DNA from: an uncultured Verrucomicrobiae bacterium
Lineage (GTDB): Bacteria > Verrucomicrobiota > Verrucomicrobiia > Chthoniobacterales > JAFAMB01
NCBI GenBank assembly: GCA_963813025.1
Contig: CAWEXO010000014.1
Coordinates: forward strand, 224,001 to 288,000
DNA length: 64,000 nucleotides
Direction: 5' to 3'
Position numbers and translations under genes: made by a program. The notes beneath the pieces are model-generated. The model saw only the letters and a program-made list of their open reading frames with translations, made no database searches and had not been told where the DNA came from. Within the stretch, counting starts at the first letter, position 1. Each line of letters opens with the position of its first letter. Shown here one piece after another: positions 29,352-40,223 of the stretch.

Positions 29352-30944
29352 GTGACAAAATCCAAGATTATACCTTTGGCAAAGGTCGGTGAATTGATTC
29401 CCGATCACGCCACCCTCACGATTAGTTCGTCCAGTGGTTTAGGCTGCCCGGATGCCGCTCTGAAATCGATCGGCGATTATTTTGTGAAGGAAGGTCGGCC
29501 ACGCAGCATCACTTCGATTCACCCGATTGCGGCTGGCGACATGTATGGCATCGCCGGAATCGATCACTTGGCCCAGGCCGGTCTTTTGAAACGCGTCATC
29601 GCGGGTTCGTTTCCGAGCGGCCCTTCCTCAATGCCAAGCCCGAAGATCTGGCAAATGATTATCGGCGATCAGGTCGAGGCTTACAACGTGCCCAGCGGCA
29701 TCCTTTTCCATCTGCACCGCGAATCGGCCGCGGGTCGCCCCGGCATCCTGACAAAGGTGGGGATGGATACGTTCGTCGATCCCCGGCGGCAGGGCGCACG
29801 GATGAACGACTGTAGCACCGAAGACATCGTCCGGATCGTGAACTTCGAAGGCGACGAATGGTTATTTTTTCCCGCCATTCCCCCGAATGTCGCGATTATT
29901 CGGGCAACGACTGCCGACGAGCACGGCAACCTTACCATGGAGCACGAAGGCGCTTACCTGGGAGCGTTCGATCAGGCGCTGGCAGCACGCAACAATGGGG
30001 GTGTTGTCATTGCCCAGGTAAAAAGGTTAACGGCTTTCGGCACTTTGCGGCCTCAACAGGTTCGCGTACCGGGCGTGCTGGTGGATTACGTCGTCGTCGA
30101 TCCGGACCAGCAGCAAACGACGCAGACCGCTTACAACCCCGCAATTAGCGGTGAGATCTTCCGGCCGCTGTGGGATTTCCAACCCATTGAGTGGGGCATC
30201 GATAAAATTATTGCGAGACGGGCTGCCCTGGAGCTGAACGAGGAAGACGTCGTAAACCTCGGTTTCGGCATCTGCGCCCTGGTTCCCCGAATCCTTCTGG
30301 AAGAAGGCCTCCACGGCGAGGTTACCTGGGTGATCGAACAGGGTGCGGTTGGCGGCATGCCGCTGTTAGGTTTTGCTTTCGGTTGCGCCTCGAATGCGGA
30401 TGCAATTGTGCCCTCGACGGATCAGTTCACCTTCTTTCAAGGAGCGGGTTTTGACTCCAGTTGTCTCTCCTTCCTGCAAGTCGATCAGGAAGGCAATGTC
30501 AACGTCTCACGCCTGTCCTCACGCCCGCACGTGACGGCCGGGTGCGGCGGCTTCATCGATATCACGTCGACCGCTCGCGCAATCCTCTTCTGCGGGTATT
30601 TCACCGCGGGCGGTCTGGAACTGCGGGTGGAGGATAGCCGGCTGCGGATCATCAAGGACGGCAAAAACCGGAAATTTGTTTCGGCGGTTGAGCATGTGAC
30701 TTTCAGTGGCCGCCGAGCGCGACAACTCAACCAAAAGGTGTTATATATTACCGAACGCTGCGTCCTTCGTCTCGAGCCGGAAGGTTTGACGATCATTGAA
30801 ATCGCCCCCGGCATCGATTTAAAACGTGACGTCCTCAATCAGGCGGAAATTCCGCTTCGGGTGAGCGACACGCTCAGAACAATGGATCAGCGGATCTTTC
30901 AACCAGAGCCGTTTGGCCTGAAGCTCAACCCTAAGTTCGGCTAG
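29352..30944 (+). CDS. Family I CoA-transferase, fused alpha/beta (YdiF/Pct-like)
   Basis: VGMDTFVDPR, RATTADEHGN, NLGFG, catalytic IEQG, GNVNVS and YITERC motifs. Confidence 0.9.
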   Translation: MTKSKIIPLAKVGELIPDHATLTISSSSGLGCPDAALKSIGDYFVKEGRPRSITSIHPIAAGDMYGIAGIDHLAQAGLLKRVIAGSFPSGPSSMPSPKIWQMIIGDQVEAYNVPSGILFHLHRESAAGRPGILTKVGMDTFVDPRRQGARMNDCSTEDIVRIVNFEGDEWLFFPAIPPNVAIIRATTADEHGNLTMEHEGAYLGAFDQALAARNNGGVVIAQVKRLTAFGTLRPQQVRVPGVLVDYVVVDPDQQQTTQTAYNPAISGEIFRPLWDFQPIEWGIDKIIARRAALELNEEDVVNLGFGICALVPRILLEEGLHGEVTWVIEQGAVGGMPLLGFAFGCASNADAIVPSTDQFTFFQGAGFDSSCLSFLQVDQEGNVNVSRLSSRPHVTAGCGGFIDITSTARAILFCGYFTAGGLELRVEDSRLRIIKDGKNRKFVSAVEHVTFSGRRARQLNQKVLYITERCVLRLEPEGLTIIEIAPGIDLKRDVLNQAEIPLRVSDTLRTMDQRIFQPEPFGLKLNPKFG

Positions 30945-30947
30945 TCC

Positions 30948-33215
30948 ATGCATACGCAACCCATCGTTCAAAACGAGGTTTTTACCGTGCTTGGTCCGGC
31001 GGAAGCGGCCACGCTCGACGCCTTTTTTGAACAACTGTTTCCAGCCGATGAGAGCGGGCCTGGCGCTTCGTCCATTGGCGTCATCCATTATCTCGACCGG
31101 GCGCTGAGCGGTCCCTATTCCCACCATTTGGAAATCTATCGGCTTGCTGTCTATGCCTTGGACGCAGAATCAGAAGGCCGGTTCAGCAAGCCCTTCGTCG
31201 ATACCGATCCGAAGCAGCAGCAGGAGCTGATTACGGCTTTGGCGCAAGGCTCACTTGCGAACTTCCGAGCGGTGGATGCAAAATCCTTTTTCGAACTGGC
31301 GCGTACCCATCTTCAGGAAGGGCTTTTTTCCGATCCCGTCTATGGCGGGAATCGCCGCAAGGCAGGTTGGCGACTTTTAGGCCACCCTGGCGTCTGGCTG
31401 GAGAACAGCGCTGAGGAGAACCTCTCCGAAAAAGCGGCTGATAAAAACGGGGAGATCCAATCCCTCGCCGACCTCGATCTACCGGGTCGCAAACGAAAAT
31501 GCGTTTCCGGATATGACCCGCACCGAGGGGCGGTCGACCCGGCTCCTGAAGCCGACATCCTGCTTGTGGGAGCGGGGTCGCTGGGCTCCCTCGCCGCGTC
31601 GGTGTTTGCCAAGGCCGGTCTCAAGGTAATTGCTCTTGAGCCCGGTCCGTTTCGGACCCAAGCGGATTACGTTCCGGACGAACTGGGTTCGGCTTACTAT
31701 TGCCGCGCAAGCATGGGCCCTAAATTCTTGAATGAAGTACCCCGTTGGCGGCGTAACGAGGGCGAATCGACACAGGAGGCGACGTTCTCTCTGGGCCGGA
31801 TGATGAACAGCGTCGGAGGCTCGGTGATCCACTACGGCGCTTGGTTGCGGAGGTTTCATCCCCACCACTTCAAAATGTTGAGCCATTTTAACGAAAGGTG
31901 GGGTCTATCGCTCCTGCCGGATGGATCCACGCTCGCCGATTGGCCGATTACTTACGAGGAACTCGAGCCCTACTACACTCGTCTTGAACACGAGATTGGA
32001 ATAGCGGGTGACGAGTCCAACCCCTTTATACGGCGGAGCAAACCATTACCGATGCCGCCGATGCGCCGCTTCCGGCTCGGGGAGTTTTTTAAAGATGCGA
32101 CCAAGCGGATGGGTTTGCACGCTCACCCGGTGCCGGTGGGAGTCAACACAATTCCATACCGCGGTCGCCCAGCGACCACTTACAGCGCTTGGAGCAACGG
32201 ATTCGGTTCTCTGACCGGCGATAAATGGGACCCCTCTCTCACTTGTATCCCGGAAGCGCTCGCCACGGGCAATCTCGATCTGCGCACGCATTGCCGGGTC
32301 ATCAGCATTCATACGGATGAAACTGGGCGCGTCGACGGGGCCGAATACATCGATCCTTTGGGTCGGCGTCGCTTTCAAGGCGCGCGCATTGTGGTTTTGA
32401 GCGCGTACACGTTTGAAAACGTTCGTCTGCTTTTTCTTTCGGGCGATGCGAAACACCCCAATGGCTTGGGCAACAACCGCGGCCAGCTCGGCAAGCATTT
32501 CATGACCAAAATGTTTGCGCACGTCGATGGCTACTTTCCCGGGGTGATCTTCAACCGCCATACCGGTCCCGCCGCACAGGGCCTGGTGCTGGACGACTTT
32601 TTCGCACCCGATTTTGACTCGCTCCGACACGGTTTCATCGGTGGCGCCACGCTGGGCGCTGAACAGCAATTTTTGCCGATCCAGATCAGTCGCGAGGCAC
32701 TGCCGGCCGACGTGCCGCGCTGGGGCAAGCCCTACAAAAACCATCTGCGCCAGTGGCAACATTTCGGCGTGGTCCGCATCCAGCCGGACACATTGTCCTA
32801 CGTTAACAACTACCTTGAACTTGACCCGTCCCGCCGGGACCGCAGTGGCCTCGGTCTCCCCGTGCTTCGCATCACCTATGACCTGCGGGAAAATGAACAC
32901 CGCCTGGCGGATTGGATGGAGGCGAAGTCCGAGGAAATCCTGCGGGAGATGGGCGCGACGAAGACGTGGCGAGGCGACCGATTCACGGGAGTGGGAAGCA
33001 GCCACGATTTCGGCGGGGCGCGCATGGGCGCGGATCCCGCAAAGAGCGTCGTCGATCCGGAACTTCGGGTGCATGACACTCCGGGGCTGTATATCTATAG
33101 CGGCGCTGCTTTTCCTTCTTGTCCAGGAATCAATCCCACCCTCAGCTTGCTCGCACTTATCTACCGCGCCGCGGAAAGGCTTGTCCAACGAATCGCCAAC
33201 GGAGAAGAGCGATGA
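30948..33215 (+). CDS. Fusion of gluconate-2-dehydrogenase subunit-3-like domain and GMC flavoprotein
   Basis: N-terminal GPGA and EGLFSDPVYGGN; then VGAGSLG, VGGSVIHY, WPITYEELEPYY, H.FGGARMG and NPTL. Confidence 0.88.
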   Translation: MHTQPIVQNEVFTVLGPAEAATLDAFFEQLFPADESGPGASSIGVIHYLDRALSGPYSHHLEIYRLAVYALDAESEGRFSKPFVDTDPKQQQELITALAQGSLANFRAVDAKSFFELARTHLQEGLFSDPVYGGNRRKAGWRLLGHPGVWLENSAEENLSEKAADKNGEIQSLADLDLPGRKRKCVSGYDPHRGAVDPAPEADILLVGAGSLGSLAASVFAKAGLKVIALEPGPFRTQADYVPDELGSAYYCRASMGPKFLNEVPRWRRNEGESTQEATFSLGRMMNSVGGSVIHYGAWLRRFHPHHFKMLSHFNERWGLSLLPDGSTLADWPITYEELEPYYTRLEHEIGIAGDESNPFIRRSKPLPMPPMRRFRLGEFFKDATKRMGLHAHPVPVGVNTIPYRGRPATTYSAWSNGFGSLTGDKWDPSLTCIPEALATGNLDLRTHCRVISIHTDETGRVDGAEYIDPLGRRRFQGARIVVLSAYTFENVRLLFLSGDAKHPNGLGNNRGQLGKHFMTKMFAHVDGYFPGVIFNRHTGPAAQGLVLDDFFAPDFDSLRHGFIGGATLGAEQQFLPIQISREALPADVPRWGKPYKNHLRQWQHFGVVRIQPDTLSYVNNYLELDPSRRDRSGLGLPVLRITYDLRENEHRLADWMEAKSEEILREMGATKTWRGDRFTGVGSSHDFGGARMGADPAKSVVDPELRVHDTPGLYIYSGAAFPSCPGINPTLSLLALIYRAAERLVQRIANGEER

Positions 33216-33982
33216 ATCAGTCGACCAAGGTTGAGTTTGAAATTCAGGGGTCGATCGCGCGCATCGTGTTAAATCGGCCTGAGAAACTCAATGCGCTGGA
33301 TCCGGAGATGCTGTCCGCTTTAGAGGCGGCCGTCGATCAGGCCGAGCAATCGCGCGAAGTTCGAGCCATCATCCTGGCTGCCGCCGGAGAAAAGTCGTTC
33401 TGTGTCGGGGCCGATATTCTTGCCTGGACGTCGCTTTCGCCGCTCGCCATGTGGTCGGAGTGGGTGCGTCGGGGCCATCGGATTTTCGATCGGCTGGAGC
33501 ATGCGCGTCAGCCGGTCATCTGCGCGATCCAAGGTTACGCTTTGGGCGGGGGCCTGGAAATAGCCCTCGCTTGTGACGTGAGAATCGCGGTCGATGCAGC
33601 TCGATTCGCGATGCCCGAAGTCAAGCTTGGCACGATTCCAGGTTGGGGTGGCACGAACCGTTTGCCAAAATTGATCGGCAGCAGTCGAGCGAAACAGATG
33701 ATCTTCACCGGTGAGCAAATTCCCGCCGATGTCGCCGAACGGTGGGGCTTGGTAAACGAGGTAGTGCCGGCGGGCTCGCTGAGCGATCGAGTCAATGAAC
33801 TTGCCCGAAAAATCGCCGGTAACGCCCCGGTTGCAGTCCAGACAGCCAAACAGCTGATCGCGACTCCTTCCGCAGCGACGCTCGAATCTCTGGCCTCCGC
33901 AGTGAACGCTTTCAGCAATGACGCTAAAGAAGGGCTGGCCGCCTTCCGCGAGAAACGGCTTCCCAAATTTGAAGGGCACTGA
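33212..33982 (+). CDS. Enoyl-CoA hydratase/isomerase (crotonase)
   Basis: LNRPEKLNAL, GGGLE and PEVKLG motifs; ATGA overlap with the upstream gene. Confidence 0.92.
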   Translation: MNQSTKVEFEIQGSIARIVLNRPEKLNALDPEMLSALEAAVDQAEQSREVRAIILAAAGEKSFCVGADILAWTSLSPLAMWSEWVRRGHRIFDRLEHARQPVICAIQGYALGGGLEIALACDVRIAVDAARFAMPEVKLGTIPGWGGTNRLPKLIGSSRAKQMIFTGEQIPADVAERWGLVNEVVPAGSLSDRVNELARKIAGNAPVAVQTAKQLIATPSAATLESLASAVNAFSNDAKEGLAAFREKRLPKFEGH

Positions 33983-33985
33983 ACT

Positions 33986-35485
33986 ATGCTCCCCAGAACA
34001 CCATTTCAGTATGAGTTGTGGATCGGCGGAAAGGAAATTCCGTCCCAATCCGGAAAGAGATTTGACCGGCAGAGTCCGGCACACGGCACAGTCGTGGGAG
34101 AGTATGCCCGAGCCGACGGTAGAGACGTTGACCTGGCGGTTCAAACTGCGCGAGAAGCTTTCGATCAAGGTTCCTGGCCAAAGGCTTCGGGGACAGAGCG
34201 TGCGAAATGCTTGCTGAAAGCGGGTGAGTTAATCCGCCGGCAAAAGGAAGAGCTAGCCCTGGTAGAAACTCTGGAAAGCGGCAAACCAATCGCCCAGGCC
34301 CGGGACGAAGTGGATTGGTCGGCCGGCCTTTGGGACTATGCCGCCACCCTGTGCCGGCACATTTACGGGGATACTTACAATGCGCTTGGACCGGCGATGC
34401 TCGGTTTGGTGATCCGCGAACCCATCGGGGTGGTCGGGATGATTACGCCTTGGAACTTTCCGCTTTTGATTATCAGTCAAAAACTGCCGTTCGCGCTCGC
34501 AGCTGGATGCACTTGCGTCGTAAAACCGAGCGAGCTTACGCCGGGCACTACTCTTCGATTGGGAAGAATCCTGGCCGAGGCGGGCGTGCCCGACGGGGTC
34601 GTAAATATCGTGAGCGGTTTCGGCGATCCGGCCGGAATTCATCTCAGCGCTCACCATCAGGTGGACATGATGTCTTTCACCGGATCCACCAGCATAGGAA
34701 AAGCGGTGATCGATGCTTCGCGCGGGAATTTAAAGAAAGTTGAACTCGAACTCGGCGGCAAAAATCCCCAGATCATCTTCGCCGACGCCGACCTGGATGC
34801 TGCCCTGGATGCGGCCGTGTTCGGAATCTGCTTCAACATGGGGGAGTGCTGCAACAGCGGAAGCCGCCTGCTGGTCCAACGGCCGATCGCAGACGAGTTC
34901 GTGCGAAGAGTCGTAGAACTGGCGCGTGAAGTGCCTGTCGGCGACCCGTTGGATGAAAAGACCAAGGTCGGCGCTATTGTTAGCGAGCCACAGTTTGCCA
35001 AAATCATGGGTTACATTGACCAGGGCCGGCATGCGGGAGCCACCCTTCAGCTTGGTGGTCAGGCACTTCAAATCCTGAATGGCCGGTTTGTTGAACCGAC
35101 CGTCTTTGACCGGGTTGCGCCTGACATGGCGATTGCTCGGGAGGAAATCTTTGGTCCGGTTCTTTCCGTCCTCACCTTCGATACGGCCGAGCAAGCTATC
35201 GATATCGCTAACGGTACAATGTACGGCTTGTCCGCCGGAGTCTGGACGCGAGATCTCGACACAGCCTTGTCGGTCAGCCGCCGTATCCGGGCCGGCACGG
35301 TTTGGGTGAACACATTCATGGATGGTTACCCTGAACTCCCATTCGGCGGGTACAAAGAAAGCGGACAAGGTCGCGAACTTGGCCGGTTCGCGATCGACCA
35401 GTTCACTGAACTCAAAACGATTCAGCTCCACGTCGGGCCAAGGTCGTCCTGGTGGACCAAAGCAAAGGTCGGCTATGAGAAATAG
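33986..35485 (+). CDS. NAD(P)-dependent aldehyde dehydrogenase
   Basis: PWNFP, FTGST, ELGGKNP, GECC and EEIFGP motifs. Confidence 0.95.
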   Translation: MLPRTPFQYELWIGGKEIPSQSGKRFDRQSPAHGTVVGEYARADGRDVDLAVQTAREAFDQGSWPKASGTERAKCLLKAGELIRRQKEELALVETLESGKPIAQARDEVDWSAGLWDYAATLCRHIYGDTYNALGPAMLGLVIREPIGVVGMITPWNFPLLIISQKLPFALAAGCTCVVKPSELTPGTTLRLGRILAEAGVPDGVVNIVSGFGDPAGIHLSAHHQVDMMSFTGSTSIGKAVIDASRGNLKKVELELGGKNPQIIFADADLDAALDAAVFGICFNMGECCNSGSRLLVQRPIADEFVRRVVELAREVPVGDPLDEKTKVGAIVSEPQFAKIMGYIDQGRHAGATLQLGGQALQILNGRFVEPTVFDRVAPDMAIAREEIFGPVLSVLTFDTAEQAIDIANGTMYGLSAGVWTRDLDTALSVSRRIRAGTVWVNTFMDGYPELPFGGYKESGQGRELGRFAIDQFTELKTIQLHVGPRSSWWTKAKVGYEK

Positions 35486-35599
35486 CGTGGAGGAGCCTCA
35501 ACCGAATCAGTTCTTGGTCTCCGGAGGCGTTAACGAAAACAGGCCGGCATCGGCCCCTCCCGGGATCCTCGAGAAAAGAGCCCAAACATTGTAGCACCA

Positions 35600-36757
35600 A
35601 TGACCCAATCATTTTCCGAACGGGCTCAATCAGCGACCGCGTTTGCCGGGAAACAACTGAGCCGTTTGATCACTGAGCATCCGGATTACTTTCCGCTATA
35701 CACCCAGCACGGAAAATGGAAACACGAATCAGAAGCCTGGACCAATTGGTGCGAAGGGTTTCTGGGCGGAATGTTGTGGATCCTCTTTCGGCACACGGCA
35801 AACCCTTCGTGGCGGGAACGAGCCGAGCATTATTCGCAACTGATCGAATCCCGAAAAAACGATCGAAACGTACATGATCTGGGGTTCCTTTTTCTGCCCA
35901 CCTGGAAGGTCTGGTATGAGTTGACGGGTGATCCAGCCAAGAACCAGGTTGTCATCGACGCCGGCAGAACTTTGGCCCTCCGCTTCCAGCCTAACGGCCG
36001 TTATCTGCGATCCTTTGTGGCCCCGGAAAGTCTGTTCATCGACATTATGATGAATGTGGGGATAATTTTCTACGCCGCCCAACAGACCAACGATTCGAAA
36101 TTGCAGCGAATCGCCCTCGATCATTGCCTGACGACTCGCCGTTTTCTCGTCCGGGGGGACGGCAGCACGGCTCACGAAGGCCTGTTTGATCCCAAGACCG
36201 GCGAGTTCATCAGACAAAAAACTCACCAAGGATGGCGGAATGACTCGAGTTGGGCGCGCGGTCAGGCTTGGGCTTTATCCGGTTTCACGAGGGCCTATCA
36301 GTTCACTCAAGATGAGCGTTTCCTCCGGACTGCAGAGCACTGTGCAGAATTCTATCTTGAGCGTACGCGACCGCAGGGGGTGCCACCGAACGACTGGGAA
36401 GAGCCTCAACCGCGGCAACCCTACGAAAGCTCGGCCGCGGCTATCGCCGCCGCGGGACTGCTCGACCTGGCGGAAGCCGTTAGCGAATCCTCAAAAGCTG
36501 ATCATTATCGAGAGCACGCTTTCGTGATCCTCGACACGCTGCTCAGCCCGGAGTTCCTGGCCAATGAAACACCCGGTTGGGAAGGCATCCTCAAACATGG
36601 AATTTATCATCAAGGCAATGGTCTCGGCGTCGATGAAAGTGTTATGTGGGGCGAGTATTTCTTTCTCGCCGCACTGGATAAGGCGCTTGCCACTGTTGAA
36701 TTGCGCGCGTCTTCTACCTCAAAACGGTTCCCCAATCCAACCCCAAAACAAAAATGA
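35600..36757 (+). CDS. GH88 unsaturated glucuronyl hydrolase-like protein
   Basis: W.EGF.GG, HDLGF, IDIMMN, THQG, WARGQAW and WGEYF motifs. Confidence 0.88.
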   Translation: MTQSFSERAQSATAFAGKQLSRLITEHPDYFPLYTQHGKWKHESEAWTNWCEGFLGGMLWILFRHTANPSWRERAEHYSQLIESRKNDRNVHDLGFLFLPTWKVWYELTGDPAKNQVVIDAGRTLALRFQPNGRYLRSFVAPESLFIDIMMNVGIIFYAAQQTNDSKLQRIALDHCLTTRRFLVRGDGSTAHEGLFDPKTGEFIRQKTHQGWRNDSSWARGQAWALSGFTRAYQFTQDERFLRTAEHCAEFYLERTRPQGVPPNDWEEPQPRQPYESSAAAIAAAGLLDLAEAVSESSKADHYREHAFVILDTLLSPEFLANETPGWEGILKHGIYHQGNGLGVDESVMWGEYFFLAALDKALATVELRASSTSKRFPNPTPKQK

Positions 36758-38034
36758 AAAACAAAATAAGAAAACGCATCTGTTTCCCCTTCGTTGGGCT
36801 CGCGCTCTTGCTCGCAGCCCAGATTCCGACCGCTTTGTTTGCGGCGGACAAAAAATTGGAAGTCTTCTCCTGGTGGACGTCAGGCGGCGAAGCAGCCGCA
36901 CTCGACAGTTTGTTTCAGGCTGTAAAAAAGGCGGACCCCGGAATTCAGATTATCAATGCGACCGTCGCGGGCGGCGGGGGGTCGGCCGCGCGACCTGTCC
37001 TCCAGGCGCGCTTAGCCGGCGGTAATCCTCCCGATAGCTGGCAAACGCATCCAGGTTGGGAGCTGCTTGGCCAATATGTCGCGGCTAACTACTGCGAGCC
37101 TATCACCGACCTCTATAAGAGCGAAGGTTGGGACAAGGTCGTTCCAAAAGGTCTGATTGATATGCTGAGCAAGGATGGCGAGACCTATGCAGTTCTAGTC
37201 GGCGTCCACCGCGGCAACGTTCTCTGGTACAACAAGAAAGTGCTCGAGAAGAATGGAATCAAGGTCGGCGACAAGATGACATTCGACGAATTCTTTGCTG
37301 CTGCCGAAAAATTGAAAGCGGCCGGAGTGACGCCGTTGGCGGTGGGCGATTCCGGAATCTGGGCCACTGCTCAACTCTTTGAAAACACCTTGTTGGGCAC
37401 CGTGGGACCGCAAGGCTGGACTGACCTTTTCAGCGGGAAGATGGCTTGGGACGACCCAAAGGTTAAGCAGGCGGCCGAGAAGTACGGGAAAATGCTCGCC
37501 TACCAAAATTCAGATCACTCGGCCCTGACGTGGGACCAGGCGGTGAAAGCGGTAATGGAAGGTAGGTGCGCGTTTACGTCAATGGGCGACTGGACCTATG
37601 GCGAGTTTGCCAAAGCTAAAATGAAGGACAAGGAGGACTTCGGGTGGGTCAGTCATCCCGGTACAGACGGTGCGTTTATTATCGTTGCCGACGGCTTTCC
37701 ATTGGCCAAAGGCGCGCCTCACAGAGAAGCGGCGACTACTTGGCTGAAAGTCTGTGGCAGCAAGGATGCGCAGGAGGCGTTTAATCCGTTAAAAGGCTCG
37801 ATTCCTCCGCGGACCGACGTGGACAAGAGCAAGTTTGGTCCTTATCACAACTGGTCAATGGAGTCCTTTGCAAAGGATGCGTTGGTGCCCAGTTGCGTGC
37901 ACGGCGAGGCTGCTCCGGCTGCATTCCAGCAGGCCCTTAACGATGCGATCACGACGTTTGTCGTGGATAAGAATGCCGACCGACTCACGCAGGCCTTGGC
38001 GCAGGCCGCTAAGGAGTCTGAGATGAGCAAATGA
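36754..38034 (+). CDS. Carbohydrate ABC transporter substrate-binding protein (CUT1, glucose-binding-like)
   Basis: Signal peptide; SWWTSGGEAAAL, HRGN, MGDW and KGSIP motifs. Confidence 0.92.
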   Translation: MKNKIRKRICFPFVGLALLLAAQIPTALFAADKKLEVFSWWTSGGEAAALDSLFQAVKKADPGIQIINATVAGGGGSAARPVLQARLAGGNPPDSWQTHPGWELLGQYVAANYCEPITDLYKSEGWDKVVPKGLIDMLSKDGETYAVLVGVHRGNVLWYNKKVLEKNGIKVGDKMTFDEFFAAAEKLKAAGVTPLAVGDSGIWATAQLFENTLLGTVGPQGWTDLFSGKMAWDDPKVKQAAEKYGKMLAYQNSDHSALTWDQAVKAVMEGRCAFTSMGDWTYGEFAKAKMKDKEDFGWVSHPGTDGAFIIVADGFPLAKGAPHREAATTWLKVCGSKDAQEAFNPLKGSIPPRTDVDKSKFGPYHNWSMESFAKDALVPSCVHGEAAPAAFQQALNDAITTFVVDKNADRLTQALAQAAKESEMSK

Positions 38035-38264
38035 AAAAGGAGTAAGTACCGGATTCTCCAAAAAACAGGATTGGAACATGCCCTGAATCGCCGAAGAAGG
38101 TCTTTTTAGAGGATCTTCTCAGCCTCTCGAATGGGCAGCAGAACTCAGCGCGTGGTTCAACCCCGGGAAAGCTTATCGGAGCTTGTCCCTGTCGAACTCT
38201 GATCGCTTATCGACAGGGACCGGCTCCTGCCGGTCCGCCCGTTTTCAAAGAAAAGCTGGACGCC

Positions 38265-39344
38265 ATGAATGTAAAAATCCCTGCTGGGATCTCAGCCGGT
38301 GGGCCCGCAACGCAAGCCGACCCGATTGGCCAGGCACTGGCGCCGAAGACCGCAACTCGCCGGCGCCGGGTGCGACTGGATGATCTGCTTCCTCCCTTGA
38401 TCCTCACCCCGGCGATGATCGCGAGCATCGTCTTTGTCTATGTATTCATTGCGATCACCATCTGGGTCTCATTATCAAAATGGGGCACTTTGCGGATGGA
38501 CCTTAATTTGCGCGAACCATTCGGGTTCACTTACCAGCAGATGTTTTCGATGCCTCGCTGGCACGCCAACCTTCGCAACGTTTTCGTTTTTACGATTCTT
38601 TTTCTGACGAGCTCGATCAGTTTTGGGTTGCTTTTGGCGATGCTCCTGGACCGCAAGCTGCTGGGGCACACCATCCTGCGAAACGTTTTTTTATTTCCTT
38701 ACGCGCTGTCCTTCATTGTTACCGGCATCGTTTGGCGATGGATCTTCAACCCGGAAACAGGGATCAACCTGTTGTTTGATGGCTTGGGCATCAATCATCT
38801 GATCACATCGATGGGCGGCCCTCCTCTCAGGCCCGGCTGGACGACCGATCCTTCGGTCCTCTTTTCGCTCAATGACTGGCTCGGGCACATTTTCCCGGCT
38901 GTGAAAGGTATGTCGATCCAGTTAGGAATCCCGGTTGCCTTAATTCCTGTAGTGATCGCCGCGGCCTGGCAGTTAACCGGTTTTTCTATGGCGATGTACA
39001 TCGCCGGTATGGCGACGATATCCCACGAGTTGCGCGAAGCCGCTCGGATCGACGGAGCGAGCGAATTCCAAGTTTATACCAACGTAATCCTACCCTTGCT
39101 CTGGCCGGTTACCGTCAGCACCGCGATTATCCTGGGACATGTGTCCCTGAAAATCTTCGATCTGATCTTCGCGATGACCGGTGTCGGACCGGGGTTTGCC
39201 ACGGATGTCCCCGGCATCTTCGTTTTTGATCAGACCTTTAAAGCGACGAGATATAATCTCGGGGCGGCGGCATCGGTTGTGATGCTTGTTCTGGTCTGCC
39301 TGATCATCGTGCCCTATCTCTGGGCTAATTTCCGCAAGAGGTAA
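38265..39344 (+). CDS. Carbohydrate ABC permease
   Basis: EAARIDGA motif; multi-TM. Confidence 0.93.
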   Translation: MNVKIPAGISAGGPATQADPIGQALAPKTATRRRRVRLDDLLPPLILTPAMIASIVFVYVFIAITIWVSLSKWGTLRMDLNLREPFGFTYQQMFSMPRWHANLRNVFVFTILFLTSSISFGLLLAMLLDRKLLGHTILRNVFLFPYALSFIVTGIVWRWIFNPETGINLLFDGLGINHLITSMGGPPLRPGWTTDPSVLFSLNDWLGHIFPAVKGMSIQLGIPVALIPVVIAAAWQLTGFSMAMYIAGMATISHELREAARIDGASEFQVYTNVILPLLWPVTVSTAIILGHVSLKIFDLIFAMTGVGPGFATDVPGIFVFDQTFKATRYNLGAAASVVMLVLVCLIIVPYLWANFRKR

Positions 39345-39346
39345 AT

Positions 39347-40210
39347 ATGACAAAGACACCCTCAATTTTTTACCCCTTTCGGCAGGCCCTGCCGCGGAAC
39401 CTCTGGGATTACCTTATTCTCGCAGTGTTATTGGGATGCATGTTGTTCTTCTTGATGCCGGTTTATGTGATGGTCGTAACCGGGCTGAAAGAGGCGCGCA
39501 ATGTCAGCCTCTCGACGATGTGGAATTTACCGCGCCAGTTCACTGGCGGCGGATTTGTCGAGGCCTGGCATCGTTTGGAGCCGAACCTTGGTAATAGTCT
39601 TATGCTGACTATTCCAGCCACCGTTATCTCGGCGATCTGGGGATCCATTAATGGTTATGTCTTTTCCAAATGGAAGTTCCGCGGTTCAAACCTTCTTTTC
39701 GCAATGTTGGTCTTTGGCATGTTTATTCCCTATCAGAGTATCCTGATTCCACTGATTCAGTTTCTCCAGCATATCAAACTCTACGGGACGATTTGGGGCT
39801 TGGTGACCGTTCACGTCCTCTACGGACTCCCAATTACCAGTCTGATTTTTCGAAATTATTTTGCTAGCATTCCGGATGAATTGATGGACGCGTCGCGTAT
39901 CGACGGTGCGGGCATTGTGCGAACTTTTATCCACGTCCTGCTTCCTCTTTCGATGCCTGCTTTTGTGGTGGTCGCGATTTTCCAGTTCACCAATATTTGG
40001 AACGATTTTTTGTTTGGCGTGACGATTCTGCCAAATCCCAGTGCTCAACCCGTGACTGTGGCCTTGAATAATCTGTCAGGCTCATTTTCGGTCGATTGGA
40101 ATGTGGTGATGGCGGGAGCAGTCATCGCCGCACTGCCGACTGCGCTGGTTTACATCTTCCTAGGCCGATTTTTTATCAAAGGACTCTTGGCCGGTTCGGT
40201 AAAAGGTTAG
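39347..40210 (+). CDS. Carbohydrate ABC permease
   Basis: DASRIDGA and WNDFL motifs. Confidence 0.93.
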   Translation: MTKTPSIFYPFRQALPRNLWDYLILAVLLGCMLFFLMPVYVMVVTGLKEARNVSLSTMWNLPRQFTGGGFVEAWHRLEPNLGNSLMLTIPATVISAIWGSINGYVFSKWKFRGSNLLFAMLVFGMFIPYQSILIPLIQFLQHIKLYGTIWGLVTVHVLYGLPITSLIFRNYFASIPDELMDASRIDGAGIVRTFIHVLLPLSMPAFVVVAIFQFTNIWNDFLFGVTILPNPSAQPVTVALNNLSGSFSVDWNVVMAGAVIAALPTALVYIFLGRFFIKGLLAGSVKG

Positions 40211-40223
40211 TGAACGTGTTGTC

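Noticed and set aside
32046..33188. 380-aa minus-strand ORF (likewise 59451-60425 and 33320-34168)
   Set aside because: Antisense shadows of well-supported genes in GC-rich DNA, with no recognisable motifs
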